In this document: piece after piece, positions 8,859 through 19,452 of the stretch
How the letters are laid out: every line of letters starts with the position of its first letter
Position numbering within the stretch: position 1 is the stretch's first letter
DNA from: Sulfurovum sp.
GTDB lineage: Bacteria > Campylobacterota > Campylobacteria > Campylobacterales > Sulfurovaceae
Reading direction: 5' to 3'
DNA length: 64,000 nucleotides
Assembly: GCA_020721345.1 (NCBI GenBank)
Contig: DYMX01000001.1
Coordinates: 9,960-73,959 of the forward strand
The notes under the pieces: model-generated
What the model was told of the DNA's origin: nothing
The model's input: only the letters and a program-made list of their open reading frames with translations
The model's database searches: none
Position numbers and translations under genes: made by a program

Positions 8859-10256
8859 TTACGCTTTTGGAGATATCATCTCTTCAGATTTTACATATTT
8901 ATCAAAATCTTCTGCGCTCATAAGTCCAAGGGCGACTGCCTCAACTTTAAGAGTTGTTCCATTTTTGTGCGCAGTTTTTGCGATTTTAGCTGCATTTTCA
9001 TATCCGATATAAGGATTAAGCGCTGTTACTAGCATAAGTGAATTGTGTAAATATGAATCAATTCTCTCCATTACCGGCTCAATACCTACTGCACAGTTTT
9101 TATCAAAACTTCTCATAGAATCTGCCAAAAGTTTACTTGACTGCAAGATATTATAAGCAATAACAGGCTTAAATACATTTAGCTCAAAGTTTCCTTGGCT
9201 AGCTGCGATTCCCACCGTTGCATCATTCCCCATAACTTGAACAGCCACCATTGTCATAGCCTCTGCTTGCGTCGGATTTACTTTTCCAGGCATTATAGAA
9301 CTGCCAGGCTCATTTTCAGGTATTGTGATCTCGCCAATTGCGCATCTTGGACCGCTTGCTAACCATCTGATATCATTTGCTATTTTCATAAGATTTGCCG
9401 CAAGCGCCTTCATGGATCCGCTTAGAACGACCTCTGCATCATGACCAGTTAGAGCATGGAATTTGTTTGGTTGAGATAGAAATCCATAATTTTTAGGCAT
9501 GAAGCTATTTAATTTGTCTGCAACTCTCCCAGAAAATTCAGGATGCGAGTTAAGTCCCGTACCAACTGCTGTTCCGCCAATTGCCAACTCTTTACAATAA
9601 ACAAGAGCATCATTTATCTGTTTTAAGTTAGTATCAAGCATTGCAACATAACCGCTAAGCTCTTGTCCAAGCGTAAGCGGAGTTGCATCTTGAAGGTGTG
9701 TTCTTCCAATTTTAACTATATGGTCAAACTCTTTCGCTTTTGCATCAAGCGTACCTCTTAGTTGATCGATAGCAGGAATAAGATCATCAGTAACTGCAAC
9801 AACTTCAGCAATTCTCATGGCAGTTGGGTATGTGTCATTTGAGCTTTGACCTTTATTTACATCGTCATTCGGATGAACCAATTTATCTTTTGTATAGTCT
9901 CCGCCAAGAACTTCTATAGCTTTATGGGCAACAACTTCGTTTATGTTCATATTCGATTGTGTGCCTGAACCTGTCTGCCAAACAACCAAGGGAAACTCAC
10001 CGTCCAATTCTCCGGCTATTACACTTTCGCATGCTTTTGCGATCGCACCTGTTTTTTTCTCATCCAATCTTCCAAGATCGTTATTTACAAGAGCACAAGC
10101 TTTTTTAAGATTAGCAAAACCTGCAATTACTTCTTTTGGCATTTTTTCATTACCAATTTCAAAATTCTCTAGTGATCTTTGTGTTTGAGCGCCCCAATAT
10201 TTTTCATTCGGGACTTTAACTTCACCCATGGTGTCTTTTTCTATTCTAAAACCCAT
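8859..10256 (-). CDS. fumC: class II fumarate hydratase
   Basis: [11 protein letters not shown] signature. I place the start at the internal ATG (10256-10254), which is preceded by AAAGGAGAATAAT. The longer ORF (to 10298) would overlap mdh. Confidence 0.95.
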   Translation of the reverse strand: MGFRIEKDTMGEVKVPNEKYWGAQTQRSLENFEIGNEKMPKEVIAGFANLKKACALVNNDLGRLDEKKTGAIAKACESVIAGELDGEFPLVVWQTGSGTQSNMNINEVVAHKAIEVLGGDYTKDKLVHPNDDVNKGQSSNDTYPTAMRIAEVVAVTDDLIPAIDQLRGTLDAKAKEFDHIVKIGRTHLQDATPLTLGQELSGYVAMLDTNLKQINDALVYCKELAIGGTAVGTGLNSHPEFSGRVADKLNSFMPKNYGFLSQPNKFHALTGHDAEVVLSGSMKALAANLMKIANDIRWLASGPRCAIGEITIPENEPGSSIMPGKVNPTQAEAMTMVAVQVMGNDATVGIAASQGNFELNVFKPVIAYNILQSSKLLADSMRSFDKNCAVGIEPVMERIDSYLHNSLMLVTALNPYIGYENAAKIAKTAHKNGTTLKVEAVALGLMSAEDFDKYVKSEEMISPKA

Positions 10257-10257
10257 A

Positions 10258-11217
10258 TTATTCTCCTTTTTCAAAAAATTTATTTTCATTGAGTACATTT
10301 ATCATTTTCTTAACGCTATCAACGCTTTTGGCAAACTTTGCTTTTTGTTCGTCATTGAGCGTTAATTGAAATATCTTTTCTGCCCCACCTGCTCCTAAAA
10401 CCAAAGGCACTCCGGAAACAACATCACTATGGCCGTATTCACCATCAAGATAAACAGCGCACGGATAAATTTGTTTTGTGTCTTTTAGTATCGATTCAAC
10501 CATAATAGCAGTTGATTTTGCAGGCGCAAAATATGCAGAACCGGTTTTTAGATAACCTATAATTTCTGCTCCGCCAAATTTTGTTCTTTCAACAACTTCA
10601 TCGATTTCACTCTGGCTTAAAACATCGGTTAACGGCACACCGGCAATAGTAGAGAATTTTGGCAGCGGAACCATCTCATCACCATGTCCACCCATAACAG
10701 ATGCTCTGATCTGCCCAGCTCCGTATCCTATTTTTTCATATATAAAATGAGCCATTCTAGCGCTATCAAGTATTCCCGCCATACCTATTACTCTTTCTCT
10801 TGGAAAGCCACTCTCTTTGAAAGCGACATAAGTCATAACATCAAGTGGATTTGAAACCATTATTATGACCGCATTTGGCGCATATTTTTTAACATCTTCG
10901 ATTACTTCTTTTGTGATGTTTACATTTATCATCAGAAGGTCTTCCCTGCTCATTCCAGGAAGCCTTGGACTGCCCGCAGTAATAACCACAACATCGCTAT
11001 CAGCTATATCTTTTGGATCTTCAGCAACAGAAACAATAGTATGCATTCTAGCAGCATTTGCTGCCTGGCTCATATCAAGCGCTTTGCCTTTAGCTATCTC
11101 AATATCTCTATCTCTTAAAACTACACTGTGGCAAGCGCCGTTCATTGCCAAAATGTATGCAACTGTTGCACCAACATTTCCTGCTCCGATAACGGTTACT
11201 TTTTTGCCTCTTTTCAT
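10258..11217 (-). CDS. mdh: malate dehydrogenase (LDH-like family)
   Basis: [12 protein letters not shown] Rossmann motif and an LDH/MDH core. I chose the start at the ATG 11217-11215, preceded by AAGGAAAG. The upstream 22 codons of the ORF look non-coding. Confidence 0.9.
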   Translation of the reverse strand: MKRGKKVTVIGAGNVGATVAYILAMNGACHSVVLRDRDIEIAKGKALDMSQAANAARMHTIVSVAEDPKDIADSDVVVITAGSPRLPGMSREDLLMINVNITKEVIEDVKKYAPNAVIIMVSNPLDVMTYVAFKESGFPRERVIGMAGILDSARMAHFIYEKIGYGAGQIRASVMGGHGDEMVPLPKFSTIAGVPLTDVLSQSEIDEVVERTKFGGAEIIGYLKTGSAYFAPAKSTAIMVESILKDTKQIYPCAVYLDGEYGHSDVVSGVPLVLGAGGAEKIFQLTLNDEQKAKFAKSVDSVKKMINVLNENKFFEKGE

Positions 11218-11300
11218 GTCTTTCCTTGAAATATTAAAATATTGAATGTATTTTACATCAGTTTTATTATTTTTCAATAACAAAACTGAATAATTTTTTA

Positions 11301-13505
11301 TCAGATAGCGTCAATTATGCTATTAAATGTTTTTGAAGGTCTCATAGCGGCATTTGCTTTAGCAAAATCAGGATGATAGTATCCGCCGATATCTTGCGCT
11401 TTACCTTCAACAGCCATAATCTCTTCCATGATCTTAGCTTCATTTTCTATCAGAGCTTTTGCAACCAGAGTAAATTTTGCCGCAAGTTCGTTATCAGAGC
11501 TTTTCGCAAGAGCATTTGCCCAATACTGCGCAACAAAGAAATGACTTGCTTTATTGTCAGGCTCTCCGGCGCTTCTTCCCGGGGCTTTGTTATTATCAAG
11601 ATAACCAGCATTTGCCTCGTCAAGTGCTGAAACAAGCGCTGCAACTTTTGCCTCCCCACTTTGGTTTGCGATCATTCTAAGAGACTCCGCAAGCGCAAGG
11701 AATTCGCCCAAGCTATCCCATCTTAGGTGACCTTCAGCCAAGAATTGGTCAACGTGCTTAGGAGCTGATCCGCCTGCGCCTGTTTCAAATACACCGCCAC
11801 CTGCAAGAAGAGGAACGATCGAAAGCATTTTTGCGCTTGTTCCAAGCTCCAAGATCGGGAAAAGATCGGTTAGATAATCTCTAAGTACGTTTCCTGTAAC
11901 AGAAATTGTATCTTCACCTTTTCTAACTCTTTTCAAGCTGTATGCCATTGCCTTTTTAGGTGCAAGAATTTCGATAGTCAAACCGTTTGTATCGTGATTT
12001 TTTAGATACTCGTTTACTTTTTTGATCATATTTGCATCATGGGCTCTATTTTCATCTAACCAAAATACGATTGGACTACCTGTCAATCTTCCTCTTTCAA
12101 CCGCAAGTCTTACCCAGTCTTGAATAGGAATATCTTTTGCTCTGCTCATTCTCCAAATATCGCCTTTTTCAACATTAAAGCTCATAAGAACAGAGCCCTC
12201 GCTGTCTTTTACTTCAACTACGCCATCCTCAGTGATTTCAAAAGTTGTTGGGTGCGAGCCGTACTCTTCGGCTTTTTGAGCCATTAAACCGACATTAGCA
12301 ACATTACCCATAGTTGTTACATCAAATTGACCGTTTTTGACACAATCAGCTACGATCTCTTCATACATTGTTGCGTAACATCTATCAGGAATCACAGAGA
12401 CACACTCTTCAACTTTGCCGTGTCTATTCCACATTTTACCGCCGTCTCTAACAACTACCGGCATAGAAGCATCGATGATGATATCGTTTGAAGCATGAAG
12501 GTTTGTGATGCCGTTGTCGCTATCAACCATCGCCATATTTGGCTGAACATCATAAGTTGCCATAATTGCCGCTTCAATCTCAACTTTTTTATCGCTTGGA
12601 AGTTTTGCAAGTTTTTTATAAAGATCGCCAAGACCTAAGTTTGCATTAAAACCGATCTCTTTAAACTCAACTGCATATTTTTCAAATACATCTTTAAAAA
12701 ATACTTCAACTGCATGACCAAACATGATCGGATCACTAACCTTCATCATAGTTGCTTTTAGATGTAATGACCAAAGAACATTGTTTGTTTTTGCGTCTTC
12801 AAGTGTTTTTGCATAAAATGCTCTAAGCGCTTGTGCGGACATAAATGTACCGTCAAGAATCTCTTTATCTTTAGCATCGATCTCTTTAAGCAATTTACCG
12901 TTAAGTTCAATTTTTACTTTGCCGTCGCCATTTTTGATCATAGACTGCTCATTGCCATAAAAATCATTTGCATCCATATGCGAAACATAAGTTTTTGAAT
13001 CTTCATTGAAAGCTCTTAGCTTATGTGGATTTTTCTTTGCAAAGTTTTTAACAGCAACTGCTGCTCTTCTATCAGAGTTTCCTTCTCTAAGCACGGGATT
13101 AACCGCGCTTCCCAAGCAAGCAGAGAATTTTTCTTTCAATGCGATCTCTTCAGGAGTTTGTGGATCTTCCGGATATTCAGGAATTGCATACCCTTGTGAT
13201 CGAAGTTCTGCTATACACTCTTTTAGCTGTGGTATTGAAGCAGAGATATTTGGCAATTTGATGATATTGCACTCAGGTTTCAAAACCAATTCGCCAAGCT
13301 CTGCCAATTCATCTTTTTGTTTTTGTTCAGGTTTAAGGATATCAGAAAAAGTTGCTATCACTCTTCCTGAAAGTGAAATATCACTAAGAACTACATCTAC
13401 GCCTGCAGATTTAGTAAAAGCATTTACTATCGGTAGTAATGAATATGTAGCAAGTGCCGGAGCCTCATCTATTTTAGACCAAACTATTTTTGGTAATTTT
13501 GACAT
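11301..13505 (-). CDS. icd: monomeric NADP-dependent isocitrate dehydrogenase
   Basis: The 734-aa length and N-terminus ([22 protein letters not shown]) are typical of the monomeric IDH type. Position is upstream of mdh, as in Campylobacter. Confidence 0.9.
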   Translation of the reverse strand: MSKLPKIVWSKIDEAPALATYSLLPIVNAFTKSAGVDVVLSDISLSGRVIATFSDILKPEQKQKDELAELGELVLKPECNIIKLPNISASIPQLKECIAELRSQGYAIPEYPEDPQTPEEIALKEKFSACLGSAVNPVLREGNSDRRAAVAVKNFAKKNPHKLRAFNEDSKTYVSHMDANDFYGNEQSMIKNGDGKVKIELNGKLLKEIDAKDKEILDGTFMSAQALRAFYAKTLEDAKTNNVLWSLHLKATMMKVSDPIMFGHAVEVFFKDVFEKYAVEFKEIGFNANLGLGDLYKKLAKLPSDKKVEIEAAIMATYDVQPNMAMVDSDNGITNLHASNDIIIDASMPVVVRDGGKMWNRHGKVEECVSVIPDRCYATMYEEIVADCVKNGQFDVTTMGNVANVGLMAQKAEEYGSHPTTFEITEDGVVEVKDSEGSVLMSFNVEKGDIWRMSRAKDIPIQDWVRLAVERGRLTGSPIVFWLDENRAHDANMIKKVNEYLKNHDTNGLTIEILAPKKAMAYSLKRVRKGEDTISVTGNVLRDYLTDLFPILELGTSAKMLSIVPLLAGGGVFETGAGGSAPKHVDQFLAEGHLRWDSLGEFLALAESLRMIANQSGEAKVAALVSALDEANAGYLDNNKAPGRSAGEPDNKASHFFVAQYWANALAKSSDNELAAKFTLVAKALIENEAKIMEEIMAVEGKAQDIGGYYHPDFAKANAAMRPSKTFNSIIDAI

Positions 13506-13655
13506 GTTATTCCTTTTTTCTATAAATACAAGTTTGTACTATTAGTTTAACAATTTTTATATCAAAATTTTGTAACCAATTAGAAAATAAATTAAAAAGT
13601 AAAAATATCTGTTTCCATAATACACAAAAGACAACTCTATTCTTTTATTAAATAG

Positions 13656-16600
13656 CTAACTTTCAAAGAAACCGAGCTCTTTTGCTTTTTCCAAAAAAGA
13701 TTCATTAACACTATACGAAGATTCGATTATGATGTCTGCTAATTTACTCTTGATACAAATTGATAATGGATGCTGACCTAAATTTTCTTTTGCTAGATTG
13801 TACAATGTATTGATTTTATCCAAACTACTCTTTAGCATTATGCAAACTGTTACTGTTTTATACACAATCTCTTCTTTTTCAGTCTTGATAATATTGTTTT
13901 TTTCTTTTTTTGCATCTTTTAAACTAAGTATTTTCATAGGATTTACTTTTATAGAATCGCCGTCTTTTGCAATTTTTACCTTAAAACATACAGGCTTAGA
14001 TAGGTCAAAATCCTCTTTTAGTTCATTAAGCTTATCTTCAAAAAGCCTTATTTCTATATTTCCGTGCAGGTCAAGAAGTTTAATTATCCCAAACTTATTG
14101 CCTTTTTTAGATATTTTTTCATTTACTTCTTCTATTTTACCGATCAATAATGTAGTAGAGCCTTCTTTTAGCGTTTCGATTTCAGAACTTAATGTAAAAT
14201 CAATACTTTCTATATCATTTCTATATTTATCAAGCGGATGACCGGATATATAAAATCCCATGGTCTCTTTTTCAAGCTCCAAAACGCTAAGTTGATCAAA
14301 CTCATCCATATCTTTAATGTTAAGTTGCACATCCGTCATATTTTCAGATTCTTCAAAAAGAGACCCAATGGACATTTTTTTAGCTAACGCCGCTTTAGCC
14401 GAAGCTTCTAATATCTCTTCTATTTGTGAAAGCATTGCTTTTCTTGTAAATCCAAACGAATCCAATGCGCCGGATTTTATAAGCGCTTCTATAACTTTTT
14501 TATTTACTTTTGATGGATCTATTCTGCCTAAAAAGTCATCAAGAGATTCAAATTCTCCTTCGCTCCTAGCTTCAACAATTATATTTATAGCGCTTTCTCC
14601 GACACCTTTAATTGCGCCTAGTCCAAATAAAATAACATCACTGTCGTTAATCCTATCGGCAACAAAAACCAAGTCCGACCTGTTTATATCTGGCGCAACA
14701 AGATCGATATTCATTTTTTTAAGTTCATCACTATATTTTACGATCTTATCCGTATTGTCCTTCTCTAAAGTCAGCAGCGCCGCCATAAATTCCGTTGGAT
14801 AAAAACACTTTAGATATGAAGTATAAAATGTTATCATAGCATACGCGGCAGAATGAGATTTGTTAAAACCATAACCTGCAAACATAACAATGAGATCAAA
14901 TAGTTCCTCTGCTTTTGTTCTATCAAAGCCTTTTTTTTCAGCACCATTGGCAAAATCAACTTGAAGCTTATCCATCTCTTCTTTAATTTTATGGCCCATT
15001 GCGCGGCGTACTAGATCGGCGCCTCCAAGCGAAAAGCCGCCTATTGTCTGGACTATCTGCATAACCTGTTCCTGATAGACTATAACTCCATAAGTCGGCT
15101 TAAGTATCGGTTCAAGTTCTGGGAACATATAGGTTATTTCCGCTCTGCCGTGCTTTCTTTCTACGAAGTCGTCCAGCATACCTGATTCCATGGGACCAGG
15201 TCTAAAAAGCGCCAACATCGCGATAACATCTTCAAAACCCGACGGCTTTAGTTTCTTTGCAAGGTCTTGCATGCCTGAAGACTCTATTTGGAACAATCCC
15301 AATGTGTGTCCTGTGCTTATATAATCATATATCTCTTTTTTGTTTATATCCTCTGTGGCAAAATCTATTCTTTTGCCGTAGCGTTTCTCAACAAGTTTAT
15401 TTGCTTCATCAATTACCGTAAGCGTCTTTAGCCCCAAAAAGTCAAATTTGATCAGGTCAACATCTTCTATATATTTACCGCTGTATTGAGTAGCAACCGT
15501 ATCCATTCCAGACGGTTTAAAAAGCGGTGTTTTAGACCATAACGGCTCATTTGATATAACAACTCCTGCGGCATGCGTTCCTGCATTGCGGTTTAGTCCT
15601 TCTAAAGCTTTTGCAAACTCCCAAACCTGCGCATATTTCTCATCACTTGATATAAACTCTGCGATTTTCGGCTCTTTTTTATATGAGTTTTCAAGATCAA
15701 TTCCAAGTTCATCAGGAATTAACTTTGCAAATGCATCTGCTTTTGCGTATGGAACATCCAGAACTCTTGCAACATCCCTTATGACACCCTTTGCAAGCAA
15801 TTTACCGAACGTTATTATCTGCGCAACATTTTCCCTGCCGTACCTGTCTACTACATAATCGATTATCTCTTGTCTTCTCGACTGACAAAAGTCCATATCG
15901 ATATCCGGCATCGATATTCTTTCAGGATTTAGAAATCTCTCAAAAAGCAGCCCATATGGAATTGGATCAATATCTGTAATTTTAAGACTAAATGCAACAA
16001 GCGATCCAGCGGCCGACCCTCTTCCTGGACCTACAGGTATCCCCATCTCTTTTGCTGCCCTGACAAAATCCCAAACTATAAGCATATAGCCGGGAAATTT
16101 CATATTTTTAATTATTTCTATTTCAACACCAAGCCTATCTCTATATTCATCATATTGTGAAGTGTTTATATTTTTTAGTCTATCTTCTAAGCCTTTTTTT
16201 GCTTCATATTCAAAAAGTATCGCATCATTTTCAAGCGAATACTCTTCATTGACAAACGGCAGATCAAGGTTGTTCATCATTGCCATTTCTCTGCAAAATT
16301 TAAAATTAGGCGGTGTTGGATTGCCAAGCTTTATTTCCAAATTGCATTTCTCTACGATCTCCCCAGTATTTGCAACGGCTTCTGGGATGTCTGCAAAAAG
16401 TCTTGCAATATCTTCTGGGGATTTGACATAGAACTCATGAACAGAATGTCTAAGACGATTGGGATCGTCGTAGAGTTTATTCATGGCTATACACATAAAT
16501 GCTTCATGGGCATCGGCATCATTTTGACTATTATAGTGAGTATCATTTGTTGCGATGACCTTTATGCCCGTCTCGTTCGCGATCTTAAGTATAAGATTAT

Positions 16601-17183
16601 CAATCCTGTGCTGATCTGGAATGCCATGCCTCATAAGCTCAAGATAAAAATCATCGCCAAATATTTCTTTATACTCAAGCGCTATTTTTTTTGCCTCTTC
16701 ATATCCTTTTGCGCCAAAACTTTTATTTCTATCGTTTTCATTTAGATGCCAATTCACTTCGCCTTGCAAGCAGGCGCTTGAACAAACTAGTCCTTCGCCA
16801 TGCTCTCTAAGCAATTGTTTGTTTATCCTTGGATAGTAGTAGAAACCCTCAAGGTATGCTTTTGAGCTAAGATACATTAGATTTTTATATCCCGTTTCAT
16901 TTTTAGCATATAAGCATAGATGAAATCTCTGTCTTGTTGTTTTATCTCCCAATTCATCATTGTTGTGCAGATAACACTCCATACCGATAATAGGCTTTAT
17001 GCCCTCTTTTTTCATGGTCGTATAAAAATCAATTGCTCCGAACATATTGCCGTGATCTGTCATTGCAACAGCGTTCATTCCAAGCTTTTTGATCGTTTTT
17101 GCTAAGTTTTTTATCTTATTTGCGCCATCTAACAATGAGTATTCGGTATGAAGATGAAGGTGCGTGAAATTTATCTCAGACAT
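13656..17183 (-). CDS. dnaE: DNA polymerase III, alpha subunit
   Basis: 1175 aa. PHP domain (FTHLHLHTEYSLLDG), polymerase core (PDIDMDF) and an OB-fold tail. Confidence 0.95.
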   Translation of the reverse strand: MSEINFTHLHLHTEYSLLDGANKIKNLAKTIKKLGMNAVAMTDHGNMFGAIDFYTTMKKEGIKPIIGMECYLHNNDELGDKTTRQRFHLCLYAKNETGYKNLMYLSSKAYLEGFYYYPRINKQLLREHGEGLVCSSACLQGEVNWHLNENDRNKSFGAKGYEEAKKIALEYKEIFGDDFYLELMRHGIPDQHRIDNLILKIANETGIKVIATNDTHYNSQNDADAHEAFMCIAMNKLYDDPNRLRHSVHEFYVKSPEDIARLFADIPEAVANTGEIVEKCNLEIKLGNPTPPNFKFCREMAMMNNLDLPFVNEEYSLENDAILFEYEAKKGLEDRLKNINTSQYDEYRDRLGVEIEIIKNMKFPGYMLIVWDFVRAAKEMGIPVGPGRGSAAGSLVAFSLKITDIDPIPYGLLFERFLNPERISMPDIDMDFCQSRRQEIIDYVVDRYGRENVAQIITFGKLLAKGVIRDVARVLDVPYAKADAFAKLIPDELGIDLENSYKKEPKIAEFISSDEKYAQVWEFAKALEGLNRNAGTHAAGVVISNEPLWSKTPLFKPSGMDTVATQYSGKYIEDVDLIKFDFLGLKTLTVIDEANKLVEKRYGKRIDFATEDINKKEIYDYISTGHTLGLFQIESSGMQDLAKKLKPSGFEDVIAMLALFRPGPMESGMLDDFVERKHGRAEITYMFPELEPILKPTYGVIVYQEQVMQIVQTIGGFSLGGADLVRRAMGHKIKEEMDKLQVDFANGAEKKGFDRTKAEELFDLIVMFAGYGFNKSHSAAYAMITFYTSYLKCFYPTEFMAALLTLEKDNTDKIVKYSDELKKMNIDLVAPDINRSDLVFVADRINDSDVILFGLGAIKGVGESAINIIVEARSEGEFESLDDFLGRIDPSKVNKKVIEALIKSGALDSFGFTRKAMLSQIEEILEASAKAALAKKMSIGSLFEESENMTDVQLNIKDMDEFDQLSVLELEKETMGFYISGHPLDKYRNDIESIDFTLSSEIETLKEGSTTLLIGKIEEVNEKISKKGNKFGIIKLLDLHGNIEIRLFEDKLNELKEDFDLSKPVCFKVKIAKDGDSIKVNPMKILSLKDAKKEKNNIIKTEKEEIVYKTVTVCIMLKSSLDKINTLYNLAKENLGQHPLSICIKSKLADIIIESSYSVNESFLEKAKELGFFES

Positions 17184-17333
17184 AAAATATTATCCTTTAT
17201 ATGGTTTATATTATAGTCAAAATATGATAAAGATTTTATGAAAATTTATAGCAAATATATTTACGCTGCTTTATATCCTGTGCACATTGATATATAAAAT
17301 CGCATATCAATTTTCTATTTCATGATTTAAATT

Positions 17334-17726
17334 CTAATCATAATTAAAAATGAAATCAACACCAAAAAGAGTTTCATTGATGCATGTAGAAAACATTGAG
17401 TGTGTAAAATCACCCCTCAGCTCTTCTACTTTCTCCATTAGTTTTGCAATATTCAGTAGTGAATAATCCTCTGATATATGATAAATAACAGCAACGCTTT
17501 TACCGCTTTTTAGCATATTCTCTATCTGTGTCAATATCGCTTCCTGGGCGACATCTGGAGATATTTTACTTTTGGCGCTATAACATACAAGAGCCGAATC
17601 TTTTCCAAAGCAGTCTACCAACTCTGATTTTACCAACTGTATCGTGTTTATTTGATATTTGCATAAATACTTGATAAATTCATCATAATTACTAAAAATT
17701 CTTTGTGAGACCTCTTTATCACTCAT
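17334..17726 (-). CDS. hypothetical protein (130 aa), island A
   Basis: Start set at the ATG 17726-17724, preceded by AAAAAGGAGCAAAA. It has its own promoter with the shared 19-bp operator. I recognise no motif. Confidence 0.55.
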   Translation of the reverse strand: MSDKEVSQRIFSNYDEFIKYLCKYQINTIQLVKSELVDCFGKDSALVCYSAKSKISPDVAQEAILTQIENMLKSGKSVAVIYHISEDYSLLNIAKLMEKVEELRGDFTHSMFSTCINETLFGVDFIFNYD

Positions 17727-17760
17727 TTTTGCTCCTTTTTTAGAAAGTATAATAAAATAA

Positions 17761-17779
17761 GTGGACAAAAAGTGTCTAG
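17761..17779. promoter_or_regulatory. 19-bp palindromic operator, copy 1 (minus-strand reading CTAGACACTTTTTGTCCAC)
   Basis: On the minus strand it is followed by exactly 9 nt and then TATACT (17751-17746), then AAGGAG and the ATG of the 130-aa gene. It is near-identical to copy 2 at 19392-19410. Confidence 0.55.
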
Positions 17780-18411
17780 TTATATTTATTTCTTATTTTA
17801 AAGACTACGGCACAATATGTGTCAGTATCATCATTTTCACTTACGATTCCGCATTTTTGTAAATGCATTTCTATAGTAAAATCACCACCAAGTTCTTTTC
17901 TTGCACTTTCGTAAATATTCTTTATTTGTTTAGTTAGTTCATCCTTTCCGCTGCCCTTACTGTAGTTTATTGATATATAAAAAGCAATAAGACCGAATTG
18001 AAAATCAGACAAGTCGGTTTTTCTGTTTAAAACCTCTTTGATTCTAGTTACATCAATTTTTATATTTTCATATGTACAAACACTATTTTTTACTTCAATT
18101 ACAGCTCTAGGTGTCCCACCTGCCCACCATAGGACTATATCAAATCTACCGTTTTCTCTTACGTCTGGATGCATTCTTCCTGCACCTGTGGCCTTTGCAA
18201 TATCCATCGTTTTTCTAACATTATCTTCAAGAGTAATGTATTTATTTTTATCAATTCTATTGAGCTCTTTTGCGATATTCACTGTCAATAAATATTCTGG
18301 CGCATTCCACAGCCACTCTCCATCACTCCACTCAATGTACTCTTCATGTGAATCTATGATTGCCTTAAGTGTACTATCTACGACTTCATTCATTGATAAT
18401 TGACTTGCCAT
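17776..18411 (-). CDS. PD-(D/E)xK nuclease-like protein (211 aa), island A
   Basis: GRFDIVLWW (Asp on a beta-strand) is followed about 17 aa later by AVIEVKN (E-x-K), with an upstream acidic helix (APEYLLTVNIAKEL). This is the classical restriction-endonuclease-fold signature. The call rests on motifs only. Confidence 0.55.
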   Translation of the reverse strand: MASQLSMNEVVDSTLKAIIDSHEEYIEWSDGEWLWNAPEYLLTVNIAKELNRIDKNKYITLEDNVRKTMDIAKATGAGRMHPDVRENGRFDIVLWWAGGTPRAVIEVKNSVCTYENIKIDVTRIKEVLNRKTDLSDFQFGLIAFYISINYSKGSGKDELTKQIKNIYESARKELGGDFTIEMHLQKCGIVSENDDTDTYCAVVFKIRNKYN

Positions 18412-18466
18412 ATTTTTCTACCTTTAAATTTTATCTTCCAAAATTATACACCTATCGACCAAAAAC

Positions 18467-18850
18467 TTAATCTTCATCAAGCCAGTTTTTAAACTCACTT
18501 ATCATCTCGTATCTTTTATAGTCCTTGCAATCACTACAAAAATACACCATTGTTTTTTTGACAACACCATCTGTAAGCCTCACATCAATACACTCTCTAT
18601 AATAATGCTCTGGATACCCCTCAAGCTCATCCAGAGATGACAAGACCACATCATCAACAGAATAAACCTCGCCTTTTATATGATATCCTTCTCCTTTGAT
18701 ATTTACAAGATGTGGATAAGCTGGAGATTGTAGTATCATTGGATATTTCTTCATGGTTATTGCATTGCCTACAAAAATGGAGCTAGCTAGATAGCCATCA
18801 TGATTTGCAAAACCTTTTTTTAGTGTACCGTAAACAAATATTTCATGCAC
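18467..18850 (-). CDS. gamma-glutamylcyclotransferase-like (AIG2/GGACT family) protein
   Basis: N-terminal FVYGTLKKG (the YGSL-type motif) and LDELEGYPEHYYR carrying the candidate catalytic Glu. The 127-aa length fits the family. Confidence 0.7.
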   Translation of the reverse strand: MHEIFVYGTLKKGFANHDGYLASSIFVGNAITMKKYPMILQSPAYPHLVNIKGEGYHIKGEVYSVDDVVLSSLDELEGYPEHYYRECIDVRLTDGVVKKTMVYFCSDCKDYKRYEMISEFKNWLDED

Positions 18851-19358
18851 AAATTACCCTTTTTGTATATGCAACCATCATGCGAACAGATTCATCATCA
18901 TCTTTAGCTAACTCTTCTAAGATGTAAACAGGTGTGGATTTGTTAAGCGCAACTTTCATACGAATATTTTTATCTTCTTCCCGTGAAAGTAGTTCTAAAA
19001 TTTCTAATGGACAATTAGGGTTTATGGCAACGGCTTTGCGGACACCACTGTCATTGTCTATAGCCAATTTCTCTAAAATATCTATCGGTGTTCTTGTATT
19101 GAATGCAACTGATCCTCGTATAATCTCATTGTTATTTTGCACCAATTCTCTTAATGTATTCAATGGTGTATTTATATTTTGAGCGACCATCTCTTGAATA
19201 CACCAATTATCATTTTTTGCCAATTTCTCCAGAATAATGCTTGGAGTATATTTATTTTTAGCGGCTTTATAAAGGAGATATAACTTCTTGTCTTTTTTCA
19301 ATTCGGCATAAGAGCGGAGTACCATTCTTATTGTTTCTTCACGGTCATTTTTATCCAT
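18843..19358 (-). CDS. leucine-rich-repeat-variant (LRV)/HEAT-like repeat protein
   Basis: About five tandem 23-25-aa repeats of the form TP..iLe.LA.D.d..VR..VA.N (for example TPIDILEKLAIDNDSGVRKAVAIN and TPVYILEELAKDDDESVRMMVAYT). Its stop overlaps the GGCT-like start by 8 nt. Confidence 0.65.
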   Translation of the reverse strand: MDKNDREETIRMVLRSYAELKKDKKLYLLYKAAKNKYTPSIILEKLAKNDNWCIQEMVAQNINTPLNTLRELVQNNNEIIRGSVAFNTRTPIDILEKLAIDNDSGVRKAVAINPNCPLEILELLSREEDKNIRMKVALNKSTPVYILEELAKDDDESVRMMVAYTKRVICA

Positions 19359-19391
19359 TTTGTACCTTTTTGTGTAATTATATATTTTTAA

Positions 19392-19410
19392 CTAGACACA
19401 AAGTGTCCAC
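19392..19410. promoter_or_regulatory. 19-bp palindromic operator, copy 2 (plus-strand reading CTAGACACAAAGTGTCCAC), shared by divergent promoters
   Basis: On the minus strand there are 9 nt and then TATAAT (19382-19377) for the LRV operon. On the plus strand there are 9 nt and then TGTCATAAT (hexamer 19420-19425) for the 19453 gene. Confidence 0.55.
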
Positions 19411-19452
19411 ATAATTTGTCATAATTTTGCAAAACCAACATATAGGCAAAAT

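Noticed and set aside
10257-11283. N-terminal extensions of the fumC (to 10298) and mdh (to 11283) ORFs that would create long gene overlaps
   Set aside because: Internal ATGs with strong AGGAG-type ribosome-binding sites coincide with the conserved protein N-termini ([12 protein letters not shown] and [16 protein letters not shown]). The extensions look non-coding.
13006-13545. 179-aa plus-strand ORF, together with many similar antisense ORFs. Examples are 865-1143, 7944-8312, 10865-11245, 13798-14802, 18038-18403, 22255-22716, 28607-29071, 33656-34033, 42606-43001, 47260-47631 and 60124-60615.
   Set aside because: All are shadow ORFs on the strand opposite well-supported genes. They have low-complexity Ser/Phe/Ile/Leu-rich translations typical of antisense frames in AT-rich DNA, and no RBS or motif support.
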